Shown piece by piece: positions 26,670 through 35,172 of a DNA stretch of 64,000 nucleotides. The position numbers were made by a program, and so were the translations under genes. The notes beneath the pieces are model-generated. The model was given only the letters and a program-made list of their open reading frames with translations, was not told where the DNA came from and searched no databases. Origin of the DNA: Betaproteobacteria bacterium (GTDB taxonomy: Bacteria > Pseudomonadota > Gammaproteobacteria > Burkholderiales > JACQAP01); NCBI GenBank assembly GCA_039931685.1, contig JBDTRK010000003.1:5990-69989 (forward strand). The letters are read 5' to 3'. Position 1 is the stretch's first letter. Every line of letters begins with the position of its first letter.

Positions 26670-27437
26670 CTACGCCCACCCGGCATCGACGACGAAATTC
26701 TGCGACGTAATCATCTTCGCGTCGTCAGACGACAGGAACAGGACCATATTGGCCAAATCTTCGGGTTGCAGCCGGCCCTTCAGGCATTGCTGCTGGTCCA
26801 TTTGTTTTTCCCCTTCCGCGGTCAGCCAGAGTTTCTTCTGGCGTTCGGTCATGACCCAGCCTGGGGAAACCGTGTTGGCGCGGATGTTGAATGGACCAAG
26901 GTCACGCGCGAGCCCGCGCGTGAGGCCATGGATAGCGGCCTTGCTGGTGGTATAGGCAGGCATGCCGCCGGTCGCGGTCATCCAGGAAATCGACCCGAAA
27001 TTGATGATCGAACCGCCGCCCAGGCTCCTCATCTGTTCGACGACGGCCTGCGCGGCGAAAAACTGGTGGCGCAGGTTGACCGCGACGCGCTCGTCCCAGT
27101 ACTCGACGGTTACGCTTTCGATCGGATGGCGATCGTCACGGGCCGCATTGTTGACCAGGACGCCAATATCTCCGAATGCCGACTGCACCGACTTGATCGC
27201 GGCGCGCAAGTTGTCGATATCGCGCACATCGCAGTGCACGAAGCGCGGTGCCGAATTCGCGCGCTCGAGCTTGTTCAACAGCGCATTGCTGGCCACCTCG
27301 TCAATGTCGACAAAGCCCACGCGTGCGCCCTGGCGCACAAAAGCCTCGACAATCGCAGCGCCGATTCCGGAGCCGCCACCGCTGACGAATACGACCTTGT
27401 CCTTGAGACTGGGATAGTTGGCGAAGCGATCTGGCAT
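26670..27437 (-). CDS. SDR-family oxidoreductase (2-keto-3-deoxy-L-fuconate dehydrogenase-like)
   Basis: VFVSGGGSGIGAA, NNAA, and YTTSKAA catalytic YxxxK. Confidence 0.85.
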   Translation of the reverse strand: MPDRFANYPSLKDKVVFVSGGGSGIGAAIVEAFVRQGARVGFVDIDEVASNALLNKLERANSAPRFVHCDVRDIDNLRAAIKSVQSAFGDIGVLVNNAARDDRHPIESVTVEYWDERVAVNLRHQFFAAQAVVEQMRSLGGGSIINFGSISWMTATGGMPAYTTSKAAIHGLTRGLARDLGPFNIRANTVSPGWVMTERQKKLWLTAEGEKQMDQQQCLKGRLQPEDLANMVLFLSSDDAKMITSQNFVVDAGWA

Positions 27438-27516
27438 GGCTGTTTCCTGGCAATTGAAAATGCTGACCATCGCCAGTATAGCCAATCGACCGCGATGGTT
27501 CGTCAACCTGCCAGAT

Positions 27517-27996
27517 TCACTGCACCAAGATCAACCAGGCAATGATGTTGCCCTTTTCCCGCATTGTGCACTGGCGTCCAATCACCATCTCGCATTTCGG
27601 TTTGAGGAATTCCTCGACATGATCGAAGTTGGTCAGGCGCTTCGGATTGGCCGAAGGCGCCAGCGGCCCGATCTTGCGCAGCTTGGCGCGTTTCGGATGC
27701 GGATTCTCGGAATCATTGATGACATGGCACTGGCGGCACAGCACCCTGGATTTGTGCGCGAAAATTTCTTCGCGCGGGTCGGCGAGGTGACAGGAAACGC
27801 AGTTGATGGCGCCAACGACCGGCAGTGCGCGCTTCTACAGGTACAGTTCATGGCAGTGCCCGGCGGAGAAACCGGTAAAGGTCGGGTTTTCCTGTTTCGC
27901 CAGTTCGGCGTAACGATCGAGAATCTGGTCCGGCGTGTCGGTTAGCAAAGGCGCCGGGCATAAGGATAGCGCGCGGGCTGCCGCGATCCGCTTCAT
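27517..27996 (-). pseudogene. DUF1924-like c-type cytochrome interrupted by an in-frame TAG
   Basis: MKRIAAARALSL... signal-like N-terminus, then ...FSAGHCHELYL, then TAG (27835-27837). The same frame continues KRALPVVGAINCVSCH...CRQCH...IGPLAPSANPKRLT...GRQCTMREKGNIIAWL. There are two CxxCH motifs (27787-27801 and 27724-27738). Confidence 0.55.
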
Positions 27997-28090
27997 TGCC
28001 CCTCCTCCGAGAGAGTACCCAATCCTTCTCGTCCAGCGATTATGCTGCCGGACCGGGACAGTGGCTAGTTCCAGGAGCACACGCCCGTCT

Positions 28091-28573
28091 TCAGTTCCGA
28101 AACCTGCGCCGCATGTCTGGATTCATTTTCTCCCAGACGATGGCGTCCAGCGAGAGCTTGCCCGGACCGTGACAAAGCACGACCAGAATCAGGGTGCCCC
28201 AGAAAACATGCTGCGCCAGCGCCGGTTCGGCCATGTTCAGAACATGCCAGTACGACACCACGGCCATGACGTTGACGAAAGTCAGGCCAAATGCCGCGAA
28301 GCGCGTCGCCAGACCCAGTGTCAGCAATACTGGCAGAACGAGTTCGCCGAGGGTGCCCATGACTGCCGCGAGCTCCGGCGGAATCACCGGCACGCGATAC
28401 TCTTCCTGGAACAGTGTCAGCGTTGTGTCCCAATCGCGGATCTTGGTCAATCCGGACAGGAAAAACACTTTCGAGACATAAAGCCGGATGCCAAGATCGA
28501 GAACGTTTCCCAGCAAGTCGAGGCTTTTGCGGCTGGTGTCGAGTAGTGGCACGAGTCTTTCGATGAGGGACAC
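28091..28573 (-). CDS. DoxX-family membrane protein
   Basis: GIRLYVSKVFFLSGLTKI ... ELVLPVLLTLGLATRFAAFGL is DoxX-like. A GTG start lies 1 nt after the upstream stop, with GGAGGA upstream. Confidence 0.8.
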   Translation of the reverse strand: MSLIERLVPLLDTSRKSLDLLGNVLDLGIRLYVSKVFFLSGLTKIRDWDTTLTLFQEEYRVPVIPPELAAVMGTLGELVLPVLLTLGLATRFAAFGLTFVNVMAVVSYWHVLNMAEPALAQHVFWGTLILVVLCHGPGKLSLDAIVWEKMNPDMRRRFRN

Positions 28574-28574
28574 G

Positions 28575-29357
28575 TCATCCTCCGTTGAGTTTGAAATTGA
28601 CAATGACCGAGGATGCGACCCACTCGTTCAAAGCGCGGCCGAGGTCGAACGAGGCATCGCAAGCCTGCGCTGCCACCAATGCCGCTTCCAGCGTGCGGCC
28701 CTCGCGCACAGCGGCCAGGAATGCCGCGTCGGCGTCACTGGCCTGCGCGACCTCAACCCGGAAGTGTGGCCGATAGACCAGCGCGTGCGAAGCGCCCGCG
28801 GAAAAATCCACGTCGAATTCACCCTCGGCCGCGTCCTGGTGCACCTGCCAGATGCGTGCAAGCGGATATTCGGAATGCAGGATGCGGCACGCCGGATGCA
28901 ATTGCGGACGCAACTGAAGTTGCGCCTCGGGCGTCAGCCCTGCCAGGCTCGCCGCGTCAAAGGAGGCGGGATCCGCCGCGTAATGGGCGCGATGCACTTG
29001 CCATTCCAGGCGCGCGATATCGGCGAGATAGGGCAGTTGCGCCGCTGGCTGAAAATCGGCGATGAACGCGGCGAAGGATTCGCCATACTCGTTGAGGTCG
29101 CCGTCTTGTGACGGGAAGCGCAAGCGATACTGTCGCGCCAGGCCGGAGAAGAATTCCACCCCCACGATTTTTGCGATGACCGGGTAAGCGGCTTCAATGG
29201 CCCTGGCGGCATTGGCCAGCGTATTGCCGCGGTAAATGCGCAATCGCCTGCCTGCCTGCTGCGAACCGCCAACGAACATCCCGAGCGCTTCGGACCCGGC
29301 ATCATTTGCATCCAGTGCGACGCCGAAGCGCGCCTGGAGTGTCTCGAGCTCACGCAT
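28575..29357 (-). CDS. DUF2063-family protein (MNIO partner, BufC-like)
   Basis: LQARFGVAL...RLRIYRGN...AYPVI...VGVEFF...LARQY...[10 protein letters not shown] is the DUF2063 pattern. The start overlaps the DUF692 stop (ATGCGTGA). Confidence 0.8.
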   Translation of the reverse strand: MRELETLQARFGVALDANDAGSEALGMFVGGSQQAGRRLRIYRGNTLANAARAIEAAYPVIAKIVGVEFFSGLARQYRLRFPSQDGDLNEYGESFAAFIADFQPAAQLPYLADIARLEWQVHRAHYAADPASFDAASLAGLTPEAQLQLRPQLHPACRILHSEYPLARIWQVHQDAAEGEFDVDFSAGASHALVYRPHFRVEVAQASDADAAFLAAVREGRTLEAALVAAQACDASFDLGRALNEWVASSVIVNFKLNGG

Positions 29358-30195
29358 ATTCGGCCTGCAAGACACGCGCCGCCAGGGCCGCTTCTTCGAG
29401 CAACACGTCAAGCGCCGGAATCGATGTGTCCCATTCGATCAGCGTCGGCACCGGACCAAAGCGCCGACACGCCGCCTCATAGAGGCTCCACACCGGCGCC
29501 GCGACACGGGAACCGTGATCGTCGATCAGCACATCACCATCGGCGCTATGCCCGGCAAGATGGATCTCGGCGACCGCCTGCACGGGTATTTCGAGTAACG
29601 CCTCGACCGGATCGAACCCGTGATTCACGGCATTGACGTACAGATTGTTGACGTCGAGCAGGATGCCGCAACCGCTGCGCCTGGCGAGCTCGGCAAGAAA
29701 AGCGAATTCGGACAACTCCGAGGCGCGGAATTGCAGGTAGCTCGACACGTTCTCGATGAGCACGCGCCTGCGCAGCGTCTCCTGCACCTGCGTGACATGC
29801 GAGACGACCTGGTCCAACGCCTCACGGGTAAACGGCAAGGGCAGCAGATCGTTGAAATGGCGCGGCCCGATCGCGGCCCAGCACAAGTGCTCGGATACCA
29901 GCGCCGGCTCAATACGCTCGACCAGGCGTTTGAGTTTCGCAAGATGCCGCTGGCGCACCCCATCGGCGGAACCTAGCGACAACGCCACCCCATGCAGGCT
30001 GACTGGATAACGGGAACGAACTTGCTCCAGCACATGGAGGTCGTATCCGCCGGCACCGAAATAATTTTCGCTGTGGACTTCCAGCCAGCCGGCCCTCGGC
30101 TGAGAATCGAGGAGCTCGCGGTAGTGAGGAGCCCGCAGCCCGATGCCGACACCTCGCACGGCGACTTGACCTTCGGAAGAGCTAAGCAGACTCAT
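29350..30195 (-). CDS. DUF692-family multinuclear non-haem iron oxidase (MNIO; MbnB/BufB-like)
   Basis: GIGLRAPHY...WLEVHSENY...[12 protein letters not shown]...SEHLCW...IENVSSY...DVNNLYVN...EIHLAGH...LIDDHG...LIEWD is the canonical DUF692 motif series. Confidence 0.9.
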   Translation of the reverse strand: MSLLSSSEGQVAVRGVGIGLRAPHYRELLDSQPRAGWLEVHSENYFGAGGYDLHVLEQVRSRYPVSLHGVALSLGSADGVRQRHLAKLKRLVERIEPALVSEHLCWAAIGPRHFNDLLPLPFTREALDQVVSHVTQVQETLRRRVLIENVSSYLQFRASELSEFAFLAELARRSGCGILLDVNNLYVNAVNHGFDPVEALLEIPVQAVAEIHLAGHSADGDVLIDDHGSRVAAPVWSLYEAACRRFGPVPTLIEWDTSIPALDVLLEEAALAARVLQAEYA

Positions 30196-30261
30196 GCCGG
30201 AATAACACCGACGCGAGCGGTACAAACTGCCCGCGCCGATGAAGGGAGGAGACTTGGTGAA

Positions 30262-30519
30262 TTACTTCTTGTACGTTAATTTGCCGCCGAGCTTGTCGCA
30301 AGTTCCCTTGGCGACATAATTCCATTCTGCCGGCGCATTGTCGGTACTCGCCTGTCCCGCGCAGGAATGTGTTCCTGTGGCATTGGCGCAGTCGTTCTGG
30401 CCGGCCTTGGCGATGCCGTAACATTTTTCCTTGCTTTTTTCCGCTGCCAGGCCGGATCCGGCCGAGGCCAGCGCGATGAGTCCGGCCAGCGCCGTACTGA
30501 CAATGAGTCTCTGGTCCAT
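30262..30519 (-). CDS. DUF2282-family signal-peptide-bearing RiPP precursor (bufferin/BufA-like)
   Basis: 85 aa. AAGGAGG lies 4 nt upstream. Sec signal peptide, then [26 protein letters not shown]...[10 protein letters not shown] with four Cys. Confidence 0.85.
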   Translation of the reverse strand: MDQRLIVSTALAGLIALASAGSGLAAEKSKEKCYGIAKAGQNDCANATGTHSCAGQASTDNAPAEWNYVAKGTCDKLGGKLTYKK

Positions 30520-30749
30520 ACTGCCTCCTTGGTAGATGAGAGAAAACGGTCCCGATTCCGAGTGCTGCGCGCTTGTGTCGATGCCGCATTCGAAACCTTA
30601 CAGCACAAGCGTTGTTGCCGCGCCCTGATGTGTCGACTAATACGCACAACGCGCCGGACCGGATTCAGGGAAATCGCTCCGGTATGTCCGGCATCAAAAT
30701 TCGTCGTTGGTTCCGCGAAAGCCTGGCCGACTGCCCGTCGTTCACCGGC

Positions 30750-31382
30750 TCACTGCGGCCACTTCTTCTGCAACTCGGCCACCTGCTCGGGCGTCAGGAT
30801 CTTTAGCTTGTTGCCTCGCAGCAGCAGGTACAGCCGCGCGGTTTCTTCCAGTTCCTCGGTTGCATAGACCGCACTCTCGAGATCCTTTCCGGCCACGATG
30901 GGACCGTGGTTGGCAAGCAGGATTGCGTGGTGCTTGCCAGCGACCTCCTTCACGGCATTGGCGAGCGTCATGTCGCCGGGCGCGTAATAGGGCAAGAGCA
31001 CCAGATTGCCGATTTTCATGACGTAGTAAGCGGTGATCGGCGGAATCGGCTGCTGCGGATCGACGTCGGCAAGACAGGAAACGGCGACCGAATGGGTCGA
31101 ATGCAGATGCACAATGGCGCCGGCGGCGGGCCGTTCTGCATACACCGAAAGGTGCAGGAAGGATTCCTTGGTCTGCTTGTCACCGGATAGCAGGTTGCCT
31201 TTTGCATCCACCTTCGACAGGGTTGCCGGGTCAAGCCGGCCGAGGCAGGAGTTGGTCGGCGTCATCAGCCAGCCATCGTCGGTGCGCACGCTGATGTTTC
31301 CGGAACTACCCACTGTCAGCCCGCGGTCGAACATCGACTTGCCGAGCATGCAGATTTCTTCCCTGAGTTTAGATTCGTTCAT
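30750..31382 (-). CDS. otnC: class II aldolase/adducin-family protein (3-oxo-tetronate 4-phosphate decarboxylase-like)
   Basis: GSSGNISVR...HLHS...LANHG motifs, paired with a DUF1537-type kinase gene. Confidence 0.7.
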   Translation of the reverse strand: MNESKLREEICMLGKSMFDRGLTVGSSGNISVRTDDGWLMTPTNSCLGRLDPATLSKVDAKGNLLSGDKQTKESFLHLSVYAERPAAGAIVHLHSTHSVAVSCLADVDPQQPIPPITAYYVMKIGNLVLLPYYAPGDMTLANAVKEVAGKHHAILLANHGPIVAGKDLESAVYATEELEETARLYLLLRGNKLKILTPEQVAELQKKWPQ

Positions 31383-31407
31383 GCTTTTTTATCTGTCCAA
31401 AAAACCA

Positions 31408-31616
31408 ATTGAACCACGGAGGACACGGATACCCTCGCGATAGCGTGGAGTACCCTTTTAGGACACGGAGAATCAAAAGGATTGTCCGGACGGTTGGCGC
31501 GGACAGGGAGATTCACAAAACTGAGACTCTCTCATTCCCGTGGACATTGCCGGTTAGTGATCTTCGTATCGAACGTCTTGCCTCCGTGTCCACCGTGTCC
31601 TCCGTGGTTCACCTAA
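31408..31616. repeat. MITE-like palindromic element, copy D (inverted, left arm interrupted)
   Basis: Arms attgaaccacggaggacacgg and ccgtgtccaccgtgtcctccgtggttcacctaat. It fills the otnK-otnC spacer. Confidence 0.7.
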
Positions 31617-31623
31617 TTTTGAG

Positions 31624-32889
31624 TCAAGGTTGGAGCTTGAAGGCCTTGGTGAAGAAATCCGGGGTGCCGAAGTTGCCGGATTTCAGCGCGAGGGCAAGTG
31701 AAGGTTCGCCAATGGAAAAGGTCCACGGCACGCCCGGGTCGATTTCCGGTCCTATGGCGAGTCCCTCGACACCGAGGGCGCCGACAACTGCCCCGGAGGT
31801 TTCGCCGCCGGCGACCAGCAGCCTGCGTACGCCTTTCGCGACCAGTCCCTTCGCGATCTTGCCCATCGTTTCCTCGACCATCGAACCCGCATGCTCGCGG
31901 CCGAGTTTGTCCTGCACGGCCTTGACCTGCTCCGGCGTGGCAGTGGAGTAAATGAGCACCGGCTTCTCCGAAAGCCGGCCGGCCGTCCAGTTGAGGGCAT
32001 CCTGCGCAACGTCGCGTCCGGACGCGATGGCCATCGGGTCGAGTTCGAACGTTTCGTGATCTTTTTTCATCAAGGCAACCTGGCCCTGCGTTGCCACCGA
32101 GCAGGATCCCGCAATGACGGCGGTCGGTCCCGTGACCTTTGGTAGTGCCGCTCGCTGGCCGCCCTTCATCAGCCCCTGGCGAATGAAATTGGCGGGCAGG
32201 CCCATGGCCATGCCCGAGCCGCCGGTGACCAGTTTCATGTCCGCACACGCCTCGCCCAGCGTCAACAAGTGCTCGTCGGTGATGGAATCCAGGACTGCAT
32301 GGCGAATGCCTTGCTTGCGCAATGCGTCGAATGCGCTGCGTGTAGCCGCGGCACCGGCGACGATGGCCGGATATTGCACTAGCCCGACCTTGTGCCGCGT
32401 CTGCCGTTGCAACACGCGTACCAGGGACGGATCGGTCATCGGTGTCAGTGGATGATGGCGCATGCCGGATTCGGACAGCAACTCGTCACCGACGAACAGG
32501 TAACCCTTGTACACCGTGCGCTTGTTGGTGGGAAATGACGGGTTGAATACCGTGAAGTCAGCGCCCAGCGCATCCAGCATCGCGTCGGCCACCGGACCGA
32601 TATTGCCCTTGTCCGTGGAATCAAAAGTCGAGCAATACTTGAAATAGAACTGCCGCGCGTCCTGACGCCGCAACCAGTCCAGCGCGGCGAGCGACTGGGT
32701 CACGGCGTCGGCGGCAGGGTTACTGCGTGACTTGAGCGCGACGATGATGCAGTCGGCCTCGGGAACTTTAAGTCCCTTGCGCGGCACGCCGAGCAACTGC
32801 ACGGTGCGCATGCCGGCCTTGACGAGGGTATTGGCCAGATCTGTGGCGCCGGTGAAATCGTCGGCAACGCATCCAAGCAGGATGCTCAT
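31624..32889 (-). CDS. otnK: four-carbon acid sugar kinase (3-oxo-tetronate kinase-like, DUF1537)
   Basis: LLGCVADDFTGATDLANTL at the N-terminus and a C-terminal ...LVAGGETSGAVV nucleotide-binding motif. Confidence 0.8.
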   Translation of the reverse strand: MSILLGCVADDFTGATDLANTLVKAGMRTVQLLGVPRKGLKVPEADCIIVALKSRSNPAADAVTQSLAALDWLRRQDARQFYFKYCSTFDSTDKGNIGPVADAMLDALGADFTVFNPSFPTNKRTVYKGYLFVGDELLSESGMRHHPLTPMTDPSLVRVLQRQTRHKVGLVQYPAIVAGAAATRSAFDALRKQGIRHAVLDSITDEHLLTLGEACADMKLVTGGSGMAMGLPANFIRQGLMKGGQRAALPKVTGPTAVIAGSCSVATQGQVALMKKDHETFELDPMAIASGRDVAQDALNWTAGRLSEKPVLIYSTATPEQVKAVQDKLGREHAGSMVEETMGKIAKGLVAKGVRRLLVAGGETSGAVVGALGVEGLAIGPEIDPGVPWTFSIGEPSLALALKSGNFGTPDFFTKAFKLQP

Positions 32890-33118
32890 GCCAGCGCTCT
32901 TGGCTGAGTAGTATGCTTCACGGAATTTCCTCCCCGCAGGCTGATTGTTGGTTTGGGCATAATGTTACCCAAAGCCGGTCGCGAAATCCCGTGCGATTCC
33001 GGTCGTGTGGGTTATTGCCCGGCTTGCCAGGCTGCCATCGTCCGCTCGCGGCGGGCCAAGGCTGCGCAAATACCCCTGTTCAGAAAGCAGCACACGAGAT
33101 CATTCCCGGAGGGCGCAA

Positions 33119-33433
33119 GTGACATTCGCAGACAACCTGAAACTGATTCCCGGCGTGGACGACATCGAAAAGCTGGAGTTGCTCGACGCTGGCGGCAAAG
33201 TTGTAGCCACGCTGGAGAACAAGCCCGGCAAGGCCGGGTCCCTGGCGGTCTATCGCCAGCTTCTGATACGCCATCAAAAGATCGACCGGGCGGCCGCGAC
33301 GGCCGGCCTGACACTTTTCGCCGAGCACACCCAGGATGCGCGCGAGCATCCCGGCAAGCACCCGAACATTGATCGCCTGTTCAACGTGATCGAAGACAAT
33401 CTGACTCTCACCGGAAGGCTGACCGCAAAGTGA
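33119..33433 (+). CDS. DUF2322-like small protein
   Basis: GTG at 33119 with GGAGGG upstream. PGKAGSLAVY...AEHTQDAREHPGKHPNIDRL resembles DUF2322 (from memory). Confidence 0.55.
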   Translation: MTFADNLKLIPGVDDIEKLELLDAGGKVVATLENKPGKAGSLAVYRQLLIRHQKIDRAAATAGLTLFAEHTQDAREHPGKHPNIDRLFNVIEDNLTLTGRLTAK

Positions 33434-33458
33434 ACCGTGCGGAAGCGCCGGCCTATTT

Positions 33459-34100
33459 TTATTTCCAGTGCGGCGGGTAGGTTTTTTCGTAGTAGGGCAG
33501 CGTCTCGATGCGCCGCATCCATGCCGAAATATTCGGTCCGAGCGCGGATGCGATGTTCAGGTCAGGCTTCTTTTTTTCCATGCGCAAGCCCAGCGCGATT
33601 TGCGGGTAAATCGTAAAGTCCGCCGCGGACAAATCACCGGCGAGCCAATCGCCGTCCAAGTACGTTTCAAATATGGCAAGTTCGCCGAGGAAAGCATCGC
33701 GAGCCGCGGAAATTTCCCGCATATTCCATTGCTCCTGCTTCGTGAACAGGACAAGGTCGACCATCCGCTCCAGGGCGTGCGCGAGATACTCATCAGCTTC
33801 GCGCACCTGCCGGCGGATGATCGCGCGCTGCCTGACACTTCCGGGAAACAGTACTTTTCCGGTCGAGTACTGTTCCTCCAGGTATTCCAGTATCGCCGCC
33901 GATTCATAGAGGAAAAAATCACCGTCGGCGATCGTGGGCACCTTGTGCCGTGGATTCATTGCCAGAAACTGCGGCTTGGTGAGATCGCCCGCGGAAAACG
34001 ACACCGTTTTCATTTCATAGGCGATCGCCTTGTGCTCCAGTGCCAGCCACACGCGCCATGCGTACGGGGACCCGGATCCATAATAAAAGGTCAGTGCCAT
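33459..34100 (-). CDS. glutathione S-transferase
   Basis: MALTFYYGSGSPYAWRVWLALEHK...NPRHKVPT...LYESAAILEYL is the GST N-terminal thioredoxin-fold signature. Confidence 0.85.
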   Translation of the reverse strand: MALTFYYGSGSPYAWRVWLALEHKAIAYEMKTVSFSAGDLTKPQFLAMNPRHKVPTIADGDFFLYESAAILEYLEEQYSTGKVLFPGSVRQRAIIRRQVREADEYLAHALERMVDLVLFTKQEQWNMREISAARDAFLGELAIFETYLDGDWLAGDLSAADFTIYPQIALGLRMEKKKPDLNIASALGPNISAWMRRIETLPYYEKTYPPHWK

Positions 34101-34208
34101 GTTGGTCCTGCGCGCGGGTAGTTGGGTAACAGATGGTTAGGACAAAAAGCATTCGTACAGCGCGTACAATTTTGCCGTATCGCCACATTACGTCAAATTT
34201 GCATCGCG

Positions 34209-34808
34209 ATGGACCCAATCGTTATCCAGGCAATGGCCAAGTGGCCGGCCGTCCCCAATGTCTTCGGGTGGCTGAGCCTCGATCGGCGCGGCCATTGGTT
34301 GATCAAGGGCGACAGGATTGCGAATACCGGCGTGACCGGCTTCATCGGCCGCAATTACGCCGAGGATGAGCGCGGACGCTGGTTTTTCCAGAATGGGCCG
34401 CAACGCGTGTTTGTCCAGCTCGAATACACGCCCTTCGTGGTGTACACCGCGGGCGGTGCGTCGATGTCGCTCGAGACGCACACCGGAGAGCCCATTGCCA
34501 GGATTTCCGGCGCCTGGATGGACGATACCGGCTCCCTGCTGCTGCGCTGGGCAAGCGCGATAGGGGTTGTGAACGATCGCGATCTGGCAACGATAGCGGG
34601 GCTGTTCACCGATCTTCACGCCAGGCCGGTCAGCGACTCCCTGCTCGCGCGCGCCTTCGACGCCGGGTCGCGTCGCCAGGCGACCGGCGTGTACGTCACG
34701 TATGCCGGCAATCGTGTGCCGGTCGGCCGCATCAAGGTCGGCGAGGTTGCCCAGAAGTTCGGTTTCGACCCGGCGCCCAAGGCGAAGGAAGGGCAGCCGG
34801 ATTGCTGA
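34209..34808 (+). CDS. conserved hypothetical protein
   Basis: 199 aa with coding-like codon usage (WLSLDRRGHWLIKGDRI...). Family not confidently recognised. Confidence 0.55.
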   Translation: MDPIVIQAMAKWPAVPNVFGWLSLDRRGHWLIKGDRIANTGVTGFIGRNYAEDERGRWFFQNGPQRVFVQLEYTPFVVYTAGGASMSLETHTGEPIARISGAWMDDTGSLLLRWASAIGVVNDRDLATIAGLFTDLHARPVSDSLLARAFDAGSRRQATGVYVTYAGNRVPVGRIKVGEVAQKFGFDPAPKAKEGQPDC

Positions 34809-34836
34809 ACGTTGGCAGGAGCCGGCGGCCGGCGCG

Positions 34837-35052
34837 CTAGCCCTTGACCCGCTTCGCGGTGAAGGCCTCTTCGATGTTGTCGCGGAAGTAGCTGACCATC
34901 GACGGCGCGCTCACGAGCCGGCGGTGCATTTCAGCGGAAACGCCCGGGTATTGGTTGATGCGTCCATCGCTGAACTCCATTTCGAGCAACCGGTTGCGCT
35001 CGTCATAGCCGACCGATCGGATTGAACCCGAGCTGACCTTCTTTCTATCCAT
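34837..35052 (-). CDS. KTSC domain-containing protein
   Basis: SSGSIRSVGYDERNRLLEMEFSDGRINQYPGVSAEMHRRLVSAPS is the KTSC pattern. Confidence 0.75.
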   Translation of the reverse strand: MDRKKVSSGSIRSVGYDERNRLLEMEFSDGRINQYPGVSAEMHRRLVSAPSMVSYFRDNIEEAFTAKRVKG

Positions 35053-35172
35053 GTCATCCCCTCAAATATGAATTTCGAAGCATAAGAATATGAAAAACTG
35101 GTCATTGGCGGAATAAGCGCGCTGCCGGTAAAGTGGCTGTCCGAACCAACTCAAACCCAATGGAGACCAATC

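Noticed and set aside
27835-27837. The in-frame TAG read as a pyrrolysine codon.
   Set aside because: The window has no pyl genes, and the proteobacterial context makes this implausible. A nonsense mutation or sequencing error is the simpler explanation.
30568-30610. Inverted repeat cgcttgtg-N27-cacaagcg upstream of the precursor gene as a metal-responsive (MerR/CueR-type) operator.
   Set aside because: The spacing and sequence do not resemble known MerR-family operators. I found no convincing -35/-10 around it, so it remains an unexplained hairpin or dyad only.
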